The notes beneath the pieces were generated by a model, which was not told the origin of the DNA, did not search any database, and worked only from the letters and a program-made list of their open reading frames with translations. From Gallionellaceae bacterium (GTDB lineage: Bacteria; Pseudomonadota; Gammaproteobacteria; Burkholderiales; Gallionellaceae), in assembly GCA_037446005.1 (NCBI GenBank), contig JBBIJL010000002.1, positions 1 through 44,358 of the forward strand: a stretch of 44,358 bases of DNA. Reading direction: 5' to 3'. Shown in pieces: positions 1-9,209 of the stretch. Position numbers and translations under genes: made by a program. The stretch's first letter is position 1. Each line of letters opens with the position of its first letter.

Positions 1-68
1 CTGATCCGACGCTAGAGTATGCTCCGGCGTTATTGCCTGAATCCCCTTACCAATTTTTCGGAGACTTT

Positions 69-518
69 ATGTCAACCATCAGCGGACTTTCCAGTGCCGT
101 CGCGGCGATGCCGCAGGCCATGTCGGGTGCAAGTATGCGTACTTCGCCGCAGCAAAAAATGTCCACTCTGTTTCAGCAGATCGACACTGCCGGAAGCGGG
201 CGTATTACCAAGGCGCAATTCGAGCAGGCGTTTAACGGCGGGAATACTCCGCTGGCGTTTAAAGCCATCGGCGTGGATGCCGCGTTTAACAAACTCGATC
301 CTAACGGGACGGGCAGCGTGTCGAAACAGGATTTCATCAGCGGCATGAAGTCGATGATGACGCACGGGCATCATCGGACGCATAAAGAGCCGGGAGCCGA
401 AGCGAATGCGCTTCCGCAAACGCTGGCGAACAGTATTGCCGCGCTGAACGCAGTGGGTAATCAGGCAGTGCCGGCGGCCGGCGCGGTGATCGGCGCTACG
501 ATCAGCGTATCGGTTTAA
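69..518 (+). CDS. small EF-hand-like calcium-binding protein
   Basis: ATG at 69 has GGAG (59-62) upstream; the ORF track begins at an in-frame TTG at 33. The translation shows two EF-hand-type loops: DTAGSGRITKAQF (degenerate) and DPNGTGSVSKQDF (canonical spacing). Confidence 0.55.
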   Translation: MSTISGLSSAVAAMPQAMSGASMRTSPQQKMSTLFQQIDTAGSGRITKAQFEQAFNGGNTPLAFKAIGVDAAFNKLDPNGTGSVSKQDFISGMKSMMTHGHHRTHKEPGAEANALPQTLANSIAALNAVGNQAVPAAGAVIGATISVSV

Positions 519-526
519 TCGCTGTG

Positions 527-1462
527 TCAGGATCGCGGGGCTTCATGCCCGCGATCCTGACTCTCCGCATGAATATTCCCGCCCGAGTTTTCCTCGGCAT
601 CCATCCAGACATGGGCGAGCCCCGATTCTGTCAGCCATTGTTTTCCGGCATCGCCTTTGAGCAGGGCAATCGTGGCGACAGTGCCCGCAACCAGACATTG
701 TCCGGCGCTGACGCTCACGGAGGATAGGCCGCGCACCGGCCAGCCGGTGCGCGGGTCGAGGATATGGCAGTAACGCGTTCCGTCCACCTCGATGTAGCGT
801 TCGTAATCGCCGCTGCTGGCAAGCGCTCCCCGCGCGATTGCGACGGTTGTCATTACCGTCTCCGCGCGCTGCGGGTGGCGTATGCCGATGATCCACGGTT
901 GCAGGTTGGGATGCGGGCCGATCACGTTGATGTCGCCGCCCAGTTCGACCAAACCATGTGCTATGCCGGATGCAACGCATACCGCGGCCGCCTGATCGGC
1001 GGCATATTCTTTGGCGATGCCACCGAAGTCGATTTCCATGCCGGGCACGTCGAAAGACAAATGCGGGCGTTCCCAGCGGAGTTTATTTAGGCCGACCAGC
1101 GGCAACAGCGCGTCCAGCCGACTTTGTGCGGGCAGGCGGTTTGCGGAAAAATCCCATGCCTTGCGCAGCACGCCGGAGGTGATGTCGAACAGACCGTGGC
1201 TTTTCTCATGGCAGGCGCAGGCATAGTCGAGCAACGCGGCGGTTTCTTCGTCCACGGGGGCGGGCAAGCCTTGTGCCGCCTTGCGGTTGATGGCGGAAAG
1301 GGCGCTGTCGTCGCGGTAGCGGGAATATTTCGCCTCGATGCGCGCGACCTCGTCGATGGCGCGCTGGGCGGCGGCGGATGCGGCAGACTCGCTCCGCGCA
1401 TAGAGCTGCAATTCGCACTGCGTGCCCATGGCGAAAAAAGAAAAGCGGTGCAGGGTCGGCAT
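527..1462 (-). CDS. apbE: ApbE-family FAD:protein FMN transferase, no signal peptide visible
   Basis: ATG at 1462 lies 10 nt after the stop of the upstream GGDEF/EAL gene; the longer ORF-track start (1606) overlaps that gene. Family motifs read directly: FFAMGT at the N-terminus, GGIAKEYA, and SSGDYERY..HILDPRTGWP. Confidence 0.85.
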   Translation of the reverse strand: MPTLHRFSFFAMGTQCELQLYARSESAASAAAQRAIDEVARIEAKYSRYRDDSALSAINRKAAQGLPAPVDEETAALLDYACACHEKSHGLFDITSGVLRKAWDFSANRLPAQSRLDALLPLVGLNKLRWERPHLSFDVPGMEIDFGGIAKEYAADQAAAVCVASGIAHGLVELGGDINVIGPHPNLQPWIIGIRHPQRAETVMTTVAIARGALASSGDYERYIEVDGTRYCHILDPRTGWPVRGLSSVSVSAGQCLVAGTVATIALLKGDAGKQWLTESGLAHVWMDAEENSGGNIHAESQDRGHEAPRS

Positions 1463-1472
1463 GACGAACCGG

Positions 1473-3683
1473 CTACTGCGCCTCGTGTGCCAGCTGTTCG
1501 AATTGCGCCAGCGGCAGCGGTTTACTGAACAGGTAGCCCTGGAAATCGTGGCAGCCGTGCCGGTCCAGAAACTCGCGCTGCGCTTCGGTTTCCACACCTT
1601 CCGCAATCACGTTCAGCCCCAGTGCCTGCGTCATCGCGATGATGGCCTGCACGATCGCGGCATCGTTCGGGTCGGTGGTGATATCGCGCACGAAAGACTG
1701 GTCGATCTTGATCTGGTCGAGCGGCAGACGTTTCAGGTATTGCAGCGACGAATAACCGGTGCCGAAATCGTCCATCGAGAAACTCACGCCGAGCAGTTTC
1801 AGCTCGCGCATCTTGGCGATGGTGTCGTCAACGTTTTCCAGCACCGTGCTTTCGGTGAGTTCCAGTTTCAGGTGGGTGGCTTTGGCACCGGTTTCTTGCA
1901 GGGTGCGCTGCACCTGGGTGACGAAATCGGGCTGGCGGAATTGTTTGGCGCTCACGTTCACCGCCAGCGAGAGGTGGTGCATCCCGATGTCGTTCTGCCA
2001 TTGTTTGAGTTGGCGGCACGCGGTCTGTAACACCCACAGGCCGATGGGCACGATCAGTCCGCTCTCTTCGGCCAGAGGAATGAAGTTGGCGGGCGACACC
2101 AGCCCTTGCGCGGGGTGTTCCCAGCGCAGCAACGCTTCCGCCCCGATGGGGCGGCGCCGGCTGTCCATTTGAATCTGGTAATGCAGGCGCAATTGCTGCT
2201 TGTCGATCGCCATGCGCAGCGCGTCCTCCAGATCGGCGCGCGCTTCGATGGCGGCCTGCATGGCGGGGTCGTAAAAACGGATGGCGTTGCGTCCGGCGGT
2301 TTTGGCCTGATACATCGCGGTGTCGGCGTATTTGAGCAAATTGTCGATGCTGTCCTGATGGCCTCTGAACAAGACGATGCCGATACTCGGTGTGGTGTAG
2401 TGGGTATATTCGTCCAGCAAAAACGGTTCGTTCAGCCGGTCGCGGATTTTTTCGGCAACCAGTTCCGCCTGCGCGGCGGCCTCGGCTTCATTGGCACTGA
2501 GAGCGGCCATAACGACGATGAATTCATCGCCGCCCAGACGCGCCACCATGTCGCCGTCGCGTATGCCTGCATTCAGGCGTTGCGCCACCTCGACCAGCAG
2601 CTGGTCGCCGATTTCATGTCCCTTCGTGTCATTGAGCGTTTTGAAGTGGTCGAGATCGAGGAACATTACCGCGCCGTGGTTGCCGCTACGCATGCTCGCG
2701 GAAAATGTCTGCGACAGATGCGCCATCAGCAGGCGGCGGTTGGGCAAGCGGGTGAGCGGGTCATAAAAAGCGAGCTGGTGGATTTGCGCTTCGGCTTCTT
2801 TGCGCTGGCTGATGTCGGAGAACATGCCGACGTAGTTGGTCAGCCGCCCGCTTTTGTCGCGTACCGAATTGATGCTCAGCCATTCGGGATAAATCTCGCC
2901 GTTCTTGCGGCGGTTCCAGATTTCACCCTGCCAATGCCCGCTGCTTTTGATGTCGTCCCACATGCCCTGAAAAAACACATGGTCGTGCTGGCCGGAGGCG
3001 AGCAGGTGAGGGTTTTTGCCGCGAATTTCCGCCAGCGCGTAACCGGTGATGCGCGAGAAGGCGGCATTGACTTCGATGATGTTGCCGTTCGCGTCGGTAA
3101 TCATGACGGCTGAATAGCTGCTGGCGTAGATTTGCGCCAACAGATTGCGTTCGGAGACCAGGCCGCTGGTGTACGCGTCGTTGCTGCGGCACAGGAGAAT
3201 GGCTTTGGCCAAGTGCCCCAGCACCGGCTGGAACATCTGCGTCAGGGGCTGCTCGGTGGCAGGCGTTTCCGGCGCCAGCAAGATGATGACGCCGCTGCCG
3301 TCTATGGGCAGCCGGAGAAAACTTTTATAACGGATGTCGCTGGTCAATGCGGAGAGCAGGCCGGATTGTCCGGTTTCGCGCACCGAGGTTCCGCATAACA
3401 ATGCTTGCGGCAAAACGATGCGTTGTCCCACTTTGCCCGCCAGATCGTAATCGCCCACAGCGGCATCGAGTTGCACGGTGACCTCGCCGGACTTCCCGTC
3501 GCACGGGGGAATATCCAGACAAATGAAACCGGCCGGGAACGAGGTGTAGTAGAGCAGCCGTTGCAGCGTGTGCGTCAGCAACGGCTTGAGGCTGATTTCG
3601 CTGCCTATGGTGACGGCTAGGTCATAAAGTACCGGCAGTATTTCTTCGCGCTCCACCAGCCCGGATCCTACGCTTTGGCCCAA
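1473..3683 (-). CDS. GAF-like / PAS / GGDEF / EAL c-di-GMP turnover protein
   Basis: 736-aa ORF. Motifs: PAS segment (ITDANGNIIEVNAAFSRITGY), RLGGDEFIVV, EALLRW and DDFGTGYSSL. The start is uncertain: TTG 3683 (overlaps the FIST stop) or GTG 3656. There is no ATG until about residue 150. Confidence 0.9.
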   Translation of the reverse strand: MGQSVGSGLVEREEILPVLYDLAVTIGSEISLKPLLTHTLQRLLYYTSFPAGFICLDIPPCDGKSGEVTVQLDAAVGDYDLAGKVGQRIVLPQALLCGTSVRETGQSGLLSALTSDIRYKSFLRLPIDGSGVIILLAPETPATEQPLTQMFQPVLGHLAKAILLCRSNDAYTSGLVSERNLLAQIYASSYSAVMITDANGNIIEVNAAFSRITGYALAEIRGKNPHLLASGQHDHVFFQGMWDDIKSSGHWQGEIWNRRKNGEIYPEWLSINSVRDKSGRLTNYVGMFSDISQRKEAEAQIHQLAFYDPLTRLPNRRLLMAHLSQTFSASMRSGNHGAVMFLDLDHFKTLNDTKGHEIGDQLLVEVAQRLNAGIRDGDMVARLGGDEFIVVMAALSANEAEAAAQAELVAEKIRDRLNEPFLLDEYTHYTTPSIGIVLFRGHQDSIDNLLKYADTAMYQAKTAGRNAIRFYDPAMQAAIEARADLEDALRMAIDKQQLRLHYQIQMDSRRRPIGAEALLRWEHPAQGLVSPANFIPLAEESGLIVPIGLWVLQTACRQLKQWQNDIGMHHLSLAVNVSAKQFRQPDFVTQVQRTLQETGAKATHLKLELTESTVLENVDDTIAKMRELKLLGVSFSMDDFGTGYSSLQYLKRLPLDQIKIDQSFVRDITTDPNDAAIVQAIIAMTQALGLNVIAEGVETEAQREFLDRHGCHDFQGYLFSKPLPLAQFEQLAHEAQ

Positions 3684-4834
3684 CTGGAGGCGACCAGCGT
3701 GGCGTTCTGGAACAGCGGGTAGCCGTGGAGGGTGGAGCCGCCGATTTCTCCCAGCGAGAGCGCGCCGGCCACTTGGGCGGCTTTGGTGCGTGCGGCAAAT
3801 TCGCGCAACTCGGTCGTTGCGTTTTCAATCCCGAGATGCAGGCGGCGTCCCGCGCAGTAAAACAATTGCAACTCCGTGCCGGCCGGGTCGCCGTTGAGCG
3901 CGGTCATGCCGGCGATCAGCACACGCAAGGTTTCCTGGGTATCCACCGTGGGCGCATCCAGCAAAGTCAGCATGGCGTTGGCGGGGACTTCGCCCACGCA
4001 GAACAGCGAGCCGTCTTCGTGCAGCGCAACCGGAATACGCACCACGACATGATGGTTGGCGCGCACGATGCCGAACGGGAAATGCACGGCGAGCTGGTAG
4101 AAATTTTCGGCGTTGATCTCGACGTGGTATTGCTTCTGCACCAGCTCCTGATACACCTCGAAGGCCGGCCGCCAGTCGATCTGCGCAATGCGGTTGCCCT
4201 CGGTGGAGGTCGCATACACGGTGCGCGCGGGGGCGTGGTAGCCGTGTTCCAGAATGGCGCCGCGATGCTGCTTGAGCAGCATGAGCAGCACGCCGTTCTG
4301 CACGATGCGCTCGCTGTCGAACAAACACGGCATCGGCTGGAAAGTTTCGCTGCCCGCGTTGGCACCGGCGTAATGCACGCGGTTGGCCAATTGCAGGTAG
4401 AGCTGGTCGAGCAGCGTGGCGATATTCGGCACCATCGCGTCGAACAGCATGAACAGGGTGACATCGGGCGTGTGGTCGATCTGTGAGCGAATCTCCGTGG
4501 CGATGCGTTCGGTGACTTGCTCGACCTCCCGTGGCGCCGTGGGCAGATTTTCATGCAGGGCAAACCAGGGCATTTCCGGGAAACACTGTAGCCAAACGCC
4601 CTCGGTGAGGAATTCGCCGTTCTTCAGCAGTGCGGGGAAAATTCCGCCCACCAGCGGAATGTTGCGGCGGGCGCAGGCGGATTGCAGTTCGGGAACCGCT
4701 GCTTTGGCAGACTCGGGGAGCAATGCGCATATACCCATATGCGGGAATTGGGACTGCCAGCTGGACAGCGTTTCATTGATCGAGGCATCTTCAATTTTCG
4801 GCAGATAGCGCATCAGGTGCGTTTTCATCGTCAT
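3668..4834 (-). CDS. FIST-domain sensory protein
   Basis: ATG 4834 has GGGGAGAGA upstream. The size and the C-terminal ..GALSLGEIGG...FQNATLV.. resemble the FIST_C ending (GEI...HNxT) as I remember it. It sits immediately upstream of a GGDEF/EAL gene, a typical FIST context. Confidence 0.6.
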   Translation of the reverse strand: MTMKTHLMRYLPKIEDASINETLSSWQSQFPHMGICALLPESAKAAVPELQSACARRNIPLVGGIFPALLKNGEFLTEGVWLQCFPEMPWFALHENLPTAPREVEQVTERIATEIRSQIDHTPDVTLFMLFDAMVPNIATLLDQLYLQLANRVHYAGANAGSETFQPMPCLFDSERIVQNGVLLMLLKQHRGAILEHGYHAPARTVYATSTEGNRIAQIDWRPAFEVYQELVQKQYHVEINAENFYQLAVHFPFGIVRANHHVVVRIPVALHEDGSLFCVGEVPANAMLTLLDAPTVDTQETLRVLIAGMTALNGDPAGTELQLFYCAGRRLHLGIENATTELREFAARTKAAQVAGALSLGEIGGSTLHGYPLFQNATLVASSWAKA

Positions 4835-4906
4835 TCTCTCCCCGGTTGGTTGTATGCGGACATGCGGTCGCGCGCATTATGCAGCACTCTGTAGTCTGGT
4901 GGAAAT

Positions 4907-6364
4907 TCAGCGGATCAGAAAAAGGCTCGCCAATCCCAGAAAGATGAAGAAGCCGCCGCTGTTGGTGATAGCGGTAAGCAGCACGCCGGAGCCGATGGCG
5001 GGGTCGCGTCCGAACTTTTGCAGGGCGAGCGGGATGAGTATACCGGCCAGCGCGCTGAGCAGCAGGTTGAGCAGCAGCGCGCCCGTCATCACCAGTGCAA
5101 GCGGCACGCTCGCATATAGCCAGTAGGCAAATCCTCCGGCGATGCCGCCCCACACCAGACCGTTCAGCAGGCTGATGGCCAGCTCTTTGGTCAGCAGTTG
5201 GCGCGCATTGCCGGGGTTGATATGTCCGAGCGCCATGGCGCGGATCACGACGGTGATGGTCTGGTTGCCCGAATTTCCGGCGATGCCGGCTACGATGGGC
5301 ATCAGGGCGGCGAGGGCGACGAATTTTTCGATAGTGTCGGCAAATCCGCCGATCACGCGCGCGGCAAAGAATGCGGCACACAGATTGAGCGCCAGCCACA
5401 TCCAGCGGTTTTTCGCCGACGTCCACACCGGGGCGAAAATATCTTCCTCTGCGCGCAAGCCGGCCAGATGCAGCACTTCGTTTTCCGTTTCGGCGCGGAT
5501 AAAGTCCATCACGGCACTCACCGTTACACGGCCGAGCAATTTGCCCTCGTCGTCAACCACCGGGGCGGATACCAAGTGGTAGCGTTCAAATGTCTGGGCG
5601 GCCTGATGCGCTTTATCGTCGGGATGCAGGGTAACGGTGTCGGTAACCATCAGGGCGGACACGGCCGCCTCCGGTGCGTTGACCAGCAGCTTGTTCAACG
5701 GCAGCACGCCTTTGAACAGATCGTCGCGGTCAACCACGAACAACTGGTCGGTGTGGCCGGGGAGATCGTCAAAGCGGCGCAGGTAACGCGCGACCACTTC
5801 CAGCGTCACCTCCTCGCGGATGCTCACCATAGCGAAGTCCATCAGTGCGCCGACGCTATCCCGCGGATAGGACATCGCGGCGCGCAGATGTTCGCGTTCC
5901 TCGATGGAGAGCGACTTGAACACGTCGCGCATCACGGCTTGCGGCAACTCGTGGGCCAGATCGGCGATTTCGTTCGTGTCGAGTTGCCCGGCCGCCTCGC
6001 GCAGTTCCCCGCTGTTCATGCTCGCGATCAGCGATTCGCGTACCGCATCCGATACCTTGATGAGGATTTCGCCGTCGCGTTCCGCCTTGACCATATCCCA
6101 GACGAGCAAACGTTGTCCGCTCGGCAGCGCTTCCAATATAAAGGCAATATCGGCGGGGTGCAGCGCGTTGAGTTTTTCCTGCAATTCGTTCAGATGGCGT
6201 TGTTCCAGCAGCAGATCCACCAATTCGTGGCGTTCTGCACGGGGCGTCTCGGCTTGGGGTGTTGCCGCCGTTAACAACACATGCGTCTCCAGCAGATGTT
6301 GCACCTGTTGGAGGTGGTCTTGCACGTTCCCGGAGAAATGCGGCGCTTTACTGGTTTTATTCAT
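4907..6364 (-). CDS. mgtE: magnesium transporter MgtE
   Basis: 485 aa. N-terminal MgtE-N segment (HPADIAFILEALP, TNEIADLAHELP), CBS-pair region, and a C-terminal multi-TM domain with IAGIAGNSGNQT. Confidence 0.9.
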   Translation of the reverse strand: MNKTSKAPHFSGNVQDHLQQVQHLLETHVLLTAATPQAETPRAERHELVDLLLEQRHLNELQEKLNALHPADIAFILEALPSGQRLLVWDMVKAERDGEILIKVSDAVRESLIASMNSGELREAAGQLDTNEIADLAHELPQAVMRDVFKSLSIEEREHLRAAMSYPRDSVGALMDFAMVSIREEVTLEVVARYLRRFDDLPGHTDQLFVVDRDDLFKGVLPLNKLLVNAPEAAVSALMVTDTVTLHPDDKAHQAAQTFERYHLVSAPVVDDEGKLLGRVTVSAVMDFIRAETENEVLHLAGLRAEEDIFAPVWTSAKNRWMWLALNLCAAFFAARVIGGFADTIEKFVALAALMPIVAGIAGNSGNQTITVVIRAMALGHINPGNARQLLTKELAISLLNGLVWGGIAGGFAYWLYASVPLALVMTGALLLNLLLSALAGILIPLALQKFGRDPAIGSGVLLTAITNSGGFFIFLGLASLFLIR

Positions 6365-6631
6365 TGCATCAATCTGTTGTTGGCGCGTGTATTGTAAAGA
6401 AATCGGGAGAGGCGTGCGCGATGAAAGGGCGAATTAAACGGGAAAACACGCTTTATTCGCAGAATTGATTTTGAGAAATCGCGATAAATTGCAACCGTTG
6501 TTAATTTCGTGAGTGGTGCAACCTGCATTGGGGGCTGCGGCATGGGACGAAATCGTGGCAGAGGAAAATTGGGATGGGCATTTTTAAATGCCCGGATAAC
6601 TGAACCAACGGCAGACGGGATGCTTTGCAAC

Positions 6632-6660
6632 TAAAGGTGACTCGAAAACTACGGCGATAG
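6632..6660 (+). promoter_or_regulatory. candidate sigma28 (FliA) promoter of fliC
   Basis: TAAAGGTG-N13-GGCGATAG versus the remembered consensus TAAAGTTT-N11-GCCGATAA. The spacer is 2 nt too long. The -10 element ends 40 nt before the fliC ATG. Confidence 0.35.
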
Positions 6661-6699
6661 TATCGAATGAACCAAGTTTAAAGTTAAAGGAGAAATAAA

Positions 6700-7512
6700 A
6701 TGCCTTCATATATCAATACCAACCTTGCGTCTTTGAACGCACAGCGCAACTTGAATTCATCGCAAGGTGCTTTGCATACATCCCTGCAACGTTTGTCTTC
6801 CGGGCTGCGTGTAAACAGCGCCAAAGACGATGCGGCGGGCATGGCGATCGCCTCGCGCATGGAAAGCCAGATTCGCGGTTTGAATCAGGCGGTACGCAAT
6901 GCGAACGACGGTATCTCGCTGGCGCAAACTGCCGAAGGTGCCTTGGGCGCGATTCAAAACAATATGCAGCGTATGCGCGAACTGGCGATACAGGGAGCCA
7001 ATGCCACCTCGAACGGCGACATCGCGGCCATCGACGCGGAGTTCACGCAACTGAATGCGGAAAACGGACGTATTATTGCGGCCACTTCGTTCAACGGTGT
7101 TGCCTTGCTCTCGGCTCCGGTGAGCCAAACCTTCCAAGTCGGCGCCAACAGCACTGCGGGTGTTGACGACATTACCATCACGACGGCGGCAGCCTTGGCG
7201 CCGACATCGACCACGCTGGGCGCATCATCGACCACGGCACAGGCGGAAATTGCCAAGCTGGATACCGATATTGCCGCCGTGGCTTCGTTGCGCTCCACCT
7301 TCGGTTCGGTGCAGTCCCGTTTCGAGTCGGTCATCAACAACTTGCAGATCGCTTCGGAAAACCAGAGTGCTTCGCGCAGCCGCATTATGGATGCAGACTA
7401 CGCCGCAGAAACAGCCGCACTGACCCGCGCGCAAATCCTGCAACAAGCCGGTACTGCGATGTTGGCACAAGCGAACCAGTCGCCGAATACTGTTCTGACG
7501 CTGCTGCGCTAA
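6700..7512 (+). CDS. fliC: flagellin (short, 270 aa)
   Basis: AAGGAG SD lies 8 nt upstream. The N-terminus [30 protein letters not shown] and the C-terminus ..[14 protein letters not shown] are the conserved flagellin D0/D1 segments. Confidence 0.93.
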   Translation: MPSYINTNLASLNAQRNLNSSQGALHTSLQRLSSGLRVNSAKDDAAGMAIASRMESQIRGLNQAVRNANDGISLAQTAEGALGAIQNNMQRMRELAIQGANATSNGDIAAIDAEFTQLNAENGRIIAATSFNGVALLSAPVSQTFQVGANSTAGVDDITITTAAALAPTSTTLGASSTTAQAEIAKLDTDIAAVASLRSTFGSVQSRFESVINNLQIASENQSASRSRIMDADYAAETAALTRAQILQQAGTAMLAQANQSPNTVLTLLR

Positions 7513-7934
7513 TAGCGCGCTTTCGAAATCGCAAGCGACACGATCGTTATCGTGACGATTGGAGCGGCGAGAGATTGAACGCGACAGCGTTTTGCGCCGG
7601 TGCCGGGTTTGGCCATTACGCCAAAATCACCGGAACGTGTTGGGCGCGTAGACAAGGGCAGGGTAGGACATGCCGGATTTGAACTGGCGAGCAACGGATT
7701 AAACAGGGTTTGCACGTGTGCGCTTTGCGCCACGATGTACGACATTGCAAGCATCCGGGTAATGTCGCGGCACTTTGTTTTGCGGTGGTAACACTTCGCG
7801 GTTGACGTTCCGTTGACTGCATTCTCTGGCAGGCCTGCGCCGCTGGAGCCAAAGGCATTTCTATTAAATGCGCACATCAACAGGCAGCACTCGCGCGTCA
7901 CCGGAACGTGCCGCTCGGACAGATCGTGTTACCT

Positions 7935-7949
7935 TGGCACAAACATTGC
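7935..7949 (+). promoter_or_regulatory. sigma54 (-24/-12) promoter
   Basis: TGGCAC-AAACA-TTGC matches the consensus exactly and lies 43 nt upstream of ATG 7992. Confidence 0.75.
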
Positions 7950-7991
7950 TGAGCATAGGGCTCCATCATTCATTTACGACAAGGTGCTCCC

Positions 7992-8549
7992 ATGCTATTC
8001 GATGCTTACGAACAAAAAGGTCTGCTGTTCAACATGAACTTCAAAGAAGCCGAAGGTAGCTTCGCCTCCTATCGCGGTGATCTGGTTTTGGAGTTGGGCG
8101 AAGTCGGCGATGCCCACGGCCACCTCAAACCTCCCGTGTTCACCATCAAAAACACCATCGTGCTGGCCGAAAACGACAAGATCAAACTCTATGTCGGCAG
8201 CCTCGACGAACTCGCGCTGCTGCCCAAAGTGCTGGACTACTACAAAGCCGATTTTGCTGCGGATGTGCGTCTCATCCTGTTCGTAGTCAACATCAACAAG
8301 CCGCTGGTGATTGAGACCAACGGCCTGAGCATCGCCGCCATCGGCATGCAGGAAGGCCTGATCTGGAACGAGCTGATCGACATCGCCGCGCTGGATAAAG
8401 GCGACTTCAAAGGCCAGTCCCCCACCCAAAAGATTGTCACCGTGCACAAGGCGCTGTCCGACTTCAAGCCCAAGGGCGACAAAGTCTCGTTCGAAGAAGC
8501 ACTCACCCGCACCGTGGAACTGAAACGCGCAGGACGCGGCCCGGTGTAA
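7992..8549 (+). CDS. hypothetical protein (185 aa) upstream of flavodoxin
   Basis: ATG 7992 is preceded by AAGG (7981-7984). It is the only long ORF downstream of the sigma54 promoter and has a plausible amino-acid composition. I recognise no family motif. Confidence 0.6.
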   Translation: MLFDAYEQKGLLFNMNFKEAEGSFASYRGDLVLELGEVGDAHGHLKPPVFTIKNTIVLAENDKIKLYVGSLDELALLPKVLDYYKADFAADVRLILFVVNINKPLVIETNGLSIAAIGMQEGLIWNELIDIAALDKGDFKGQSPTQKIVTVHKALSDFKPKGDKVSFEEALTRTVELKRAGRGPV

Positions 8550-8560
8550 GCACGGCTGCA

Positions 8561-8588
8561 CGCAGGGGTAGCCGGTGCCGCCCCTGCG
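8561..8588 (+). other. GC-rich stem-loop between orf185 and flavodoxin
   Basis: CGCAGGGG (8561-8568) pairs with CCCCTGCG (8581-8588) around a 12-nt loop. There is no clear U-run, so it may be an attenuator, a stabiliser or nothing. Confidence 0.3.
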
Positions 8589-8598
8589 ACAATCGCTT

Positions 8599-8614
8599 TG
8601 TAGCATTCGCAACA
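8599..8614. promoter_or_regulatory. NifA-UAS-like site with no partner promoter
   Basis: TGTAGCATTCGCAACA (TGT-N10-ACA) shares the TTGTAGC half-site with the four promoter-linked UAS copies. It ends only 26 nt before the flavodoxin ATG, and I found no -24/-12 element downstream of it. Confidence 0.35.
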
Positions 8615-8639
8615 AACCACATCCACTCGGGGTGCCCAC

Positions 8640-9182
8640 ATGTCACGCATCGGATTATTTTTCGCCAGCAGTACCGGCAACACCCGCCGCATCGCCAAGA
8701 TGATTAAAAAACGTTTTGACGACGACACCATGGCCGATGCGCTCAACGTCAACAAAGCCACACCCGAACTGGTCGCCGGATATACGTATCTGATCTTCGG
8801 CACCTCGACCCTGGGCGGCGGGCAACTGCCGGGGCTCTCCACCGACTGCATGGGCGGCGGCTGGGAAGAATTTCTGCCGCAACTTAAGGACGTGGATTTC
8901 AGCGGCAAGACCGTCGCCATCTTCGGCCTGGGCAATCAGGACAAATACCCGGACGAATTCGTTGATGCCATGGGCGAGATATATCACTTCGTCGTGGCGC
9001 GCGGCGCCAAGGTCGTCGGCCAGTGGCCTGCGGACGATTACGACTTCATCGCGTCAAAGGCGTTGGTGGAGGATGAATTTGTTGGGCTCGTACTGGATCA
9101 GGAAAACCAGAAGCTGCTCACCGATGCGCGGGTGGAGGTGTGGTTGAAATTGATCGCGGAGGAGTTTGGGCTGGGCGTTTAA
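8640..9182 (+). CDS. long-chain flavodoxin (nif-neighbourhood)
   Basis: 180 aa. MSRIGLFFASSTGNTRRIA is the flavodoxin FMN-phosphate loop (S/T-x-T-G-x-T). Length and overall pattern fit FldA/NifF-type long-chain flavodoxins. Confidence 0.9.
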   Translation: MSRIGLFFASSTGNTRRIAKMIKKRFDDDTMADALNVNKATPELVAGYTYLIFGTSTLGGGQLPGLSTDCMGGGWEEFLPQLKDVDFSGKTVAIFGLGNQDKYPDEFVDAMGEIYHFVVARGAKVVGQWPADDYDFIASKALVEDEFVGLVLDQENQKLLTDARVEVWLKLIAEEFGLGV

Positions 9183-9209
9183 ACTCTGTAAGTCGGAGCG
9201 CTCTAAAAT

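Noticed and set aside
6365-6560. Possible Mg2+ riboswitch (M-box) in the mgtE leader
   Set aside because: I could not recognise the conserved M-box helices by eye. A covariance-model search (Rfam) would be needed, so I make no claim.
6610-6623. sigma54-like GG-N10-GC element (CGGCAG-N5-ATGC) upstream of fliC
   Set aside because: It departs from the consensus at both the -24 and -12 flanks, and a sigma28-type element lies closer to the gene. It cannot be distinguished from chance by eye.
7638-7654. TGT-N11-ACA upstream of the 7935 sigma54 promoter as a NifA UAS
   Set aside because: The spacer is 11 rather than 10 nt and it lacks the TTGTAGC half-site shared by the other sites. It is compatible with chance.
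7509-7901. 130-aa and smaller ORFs in the 480-bp gap after fliC
   Set aside because: No Shine-Dalgarno sequences, odd Cys/Arg-rich translations, and no similarity to flaG, fliD or fliS. I treat the region as non-coding; it carries the sigma54 promoter at its 3' end.
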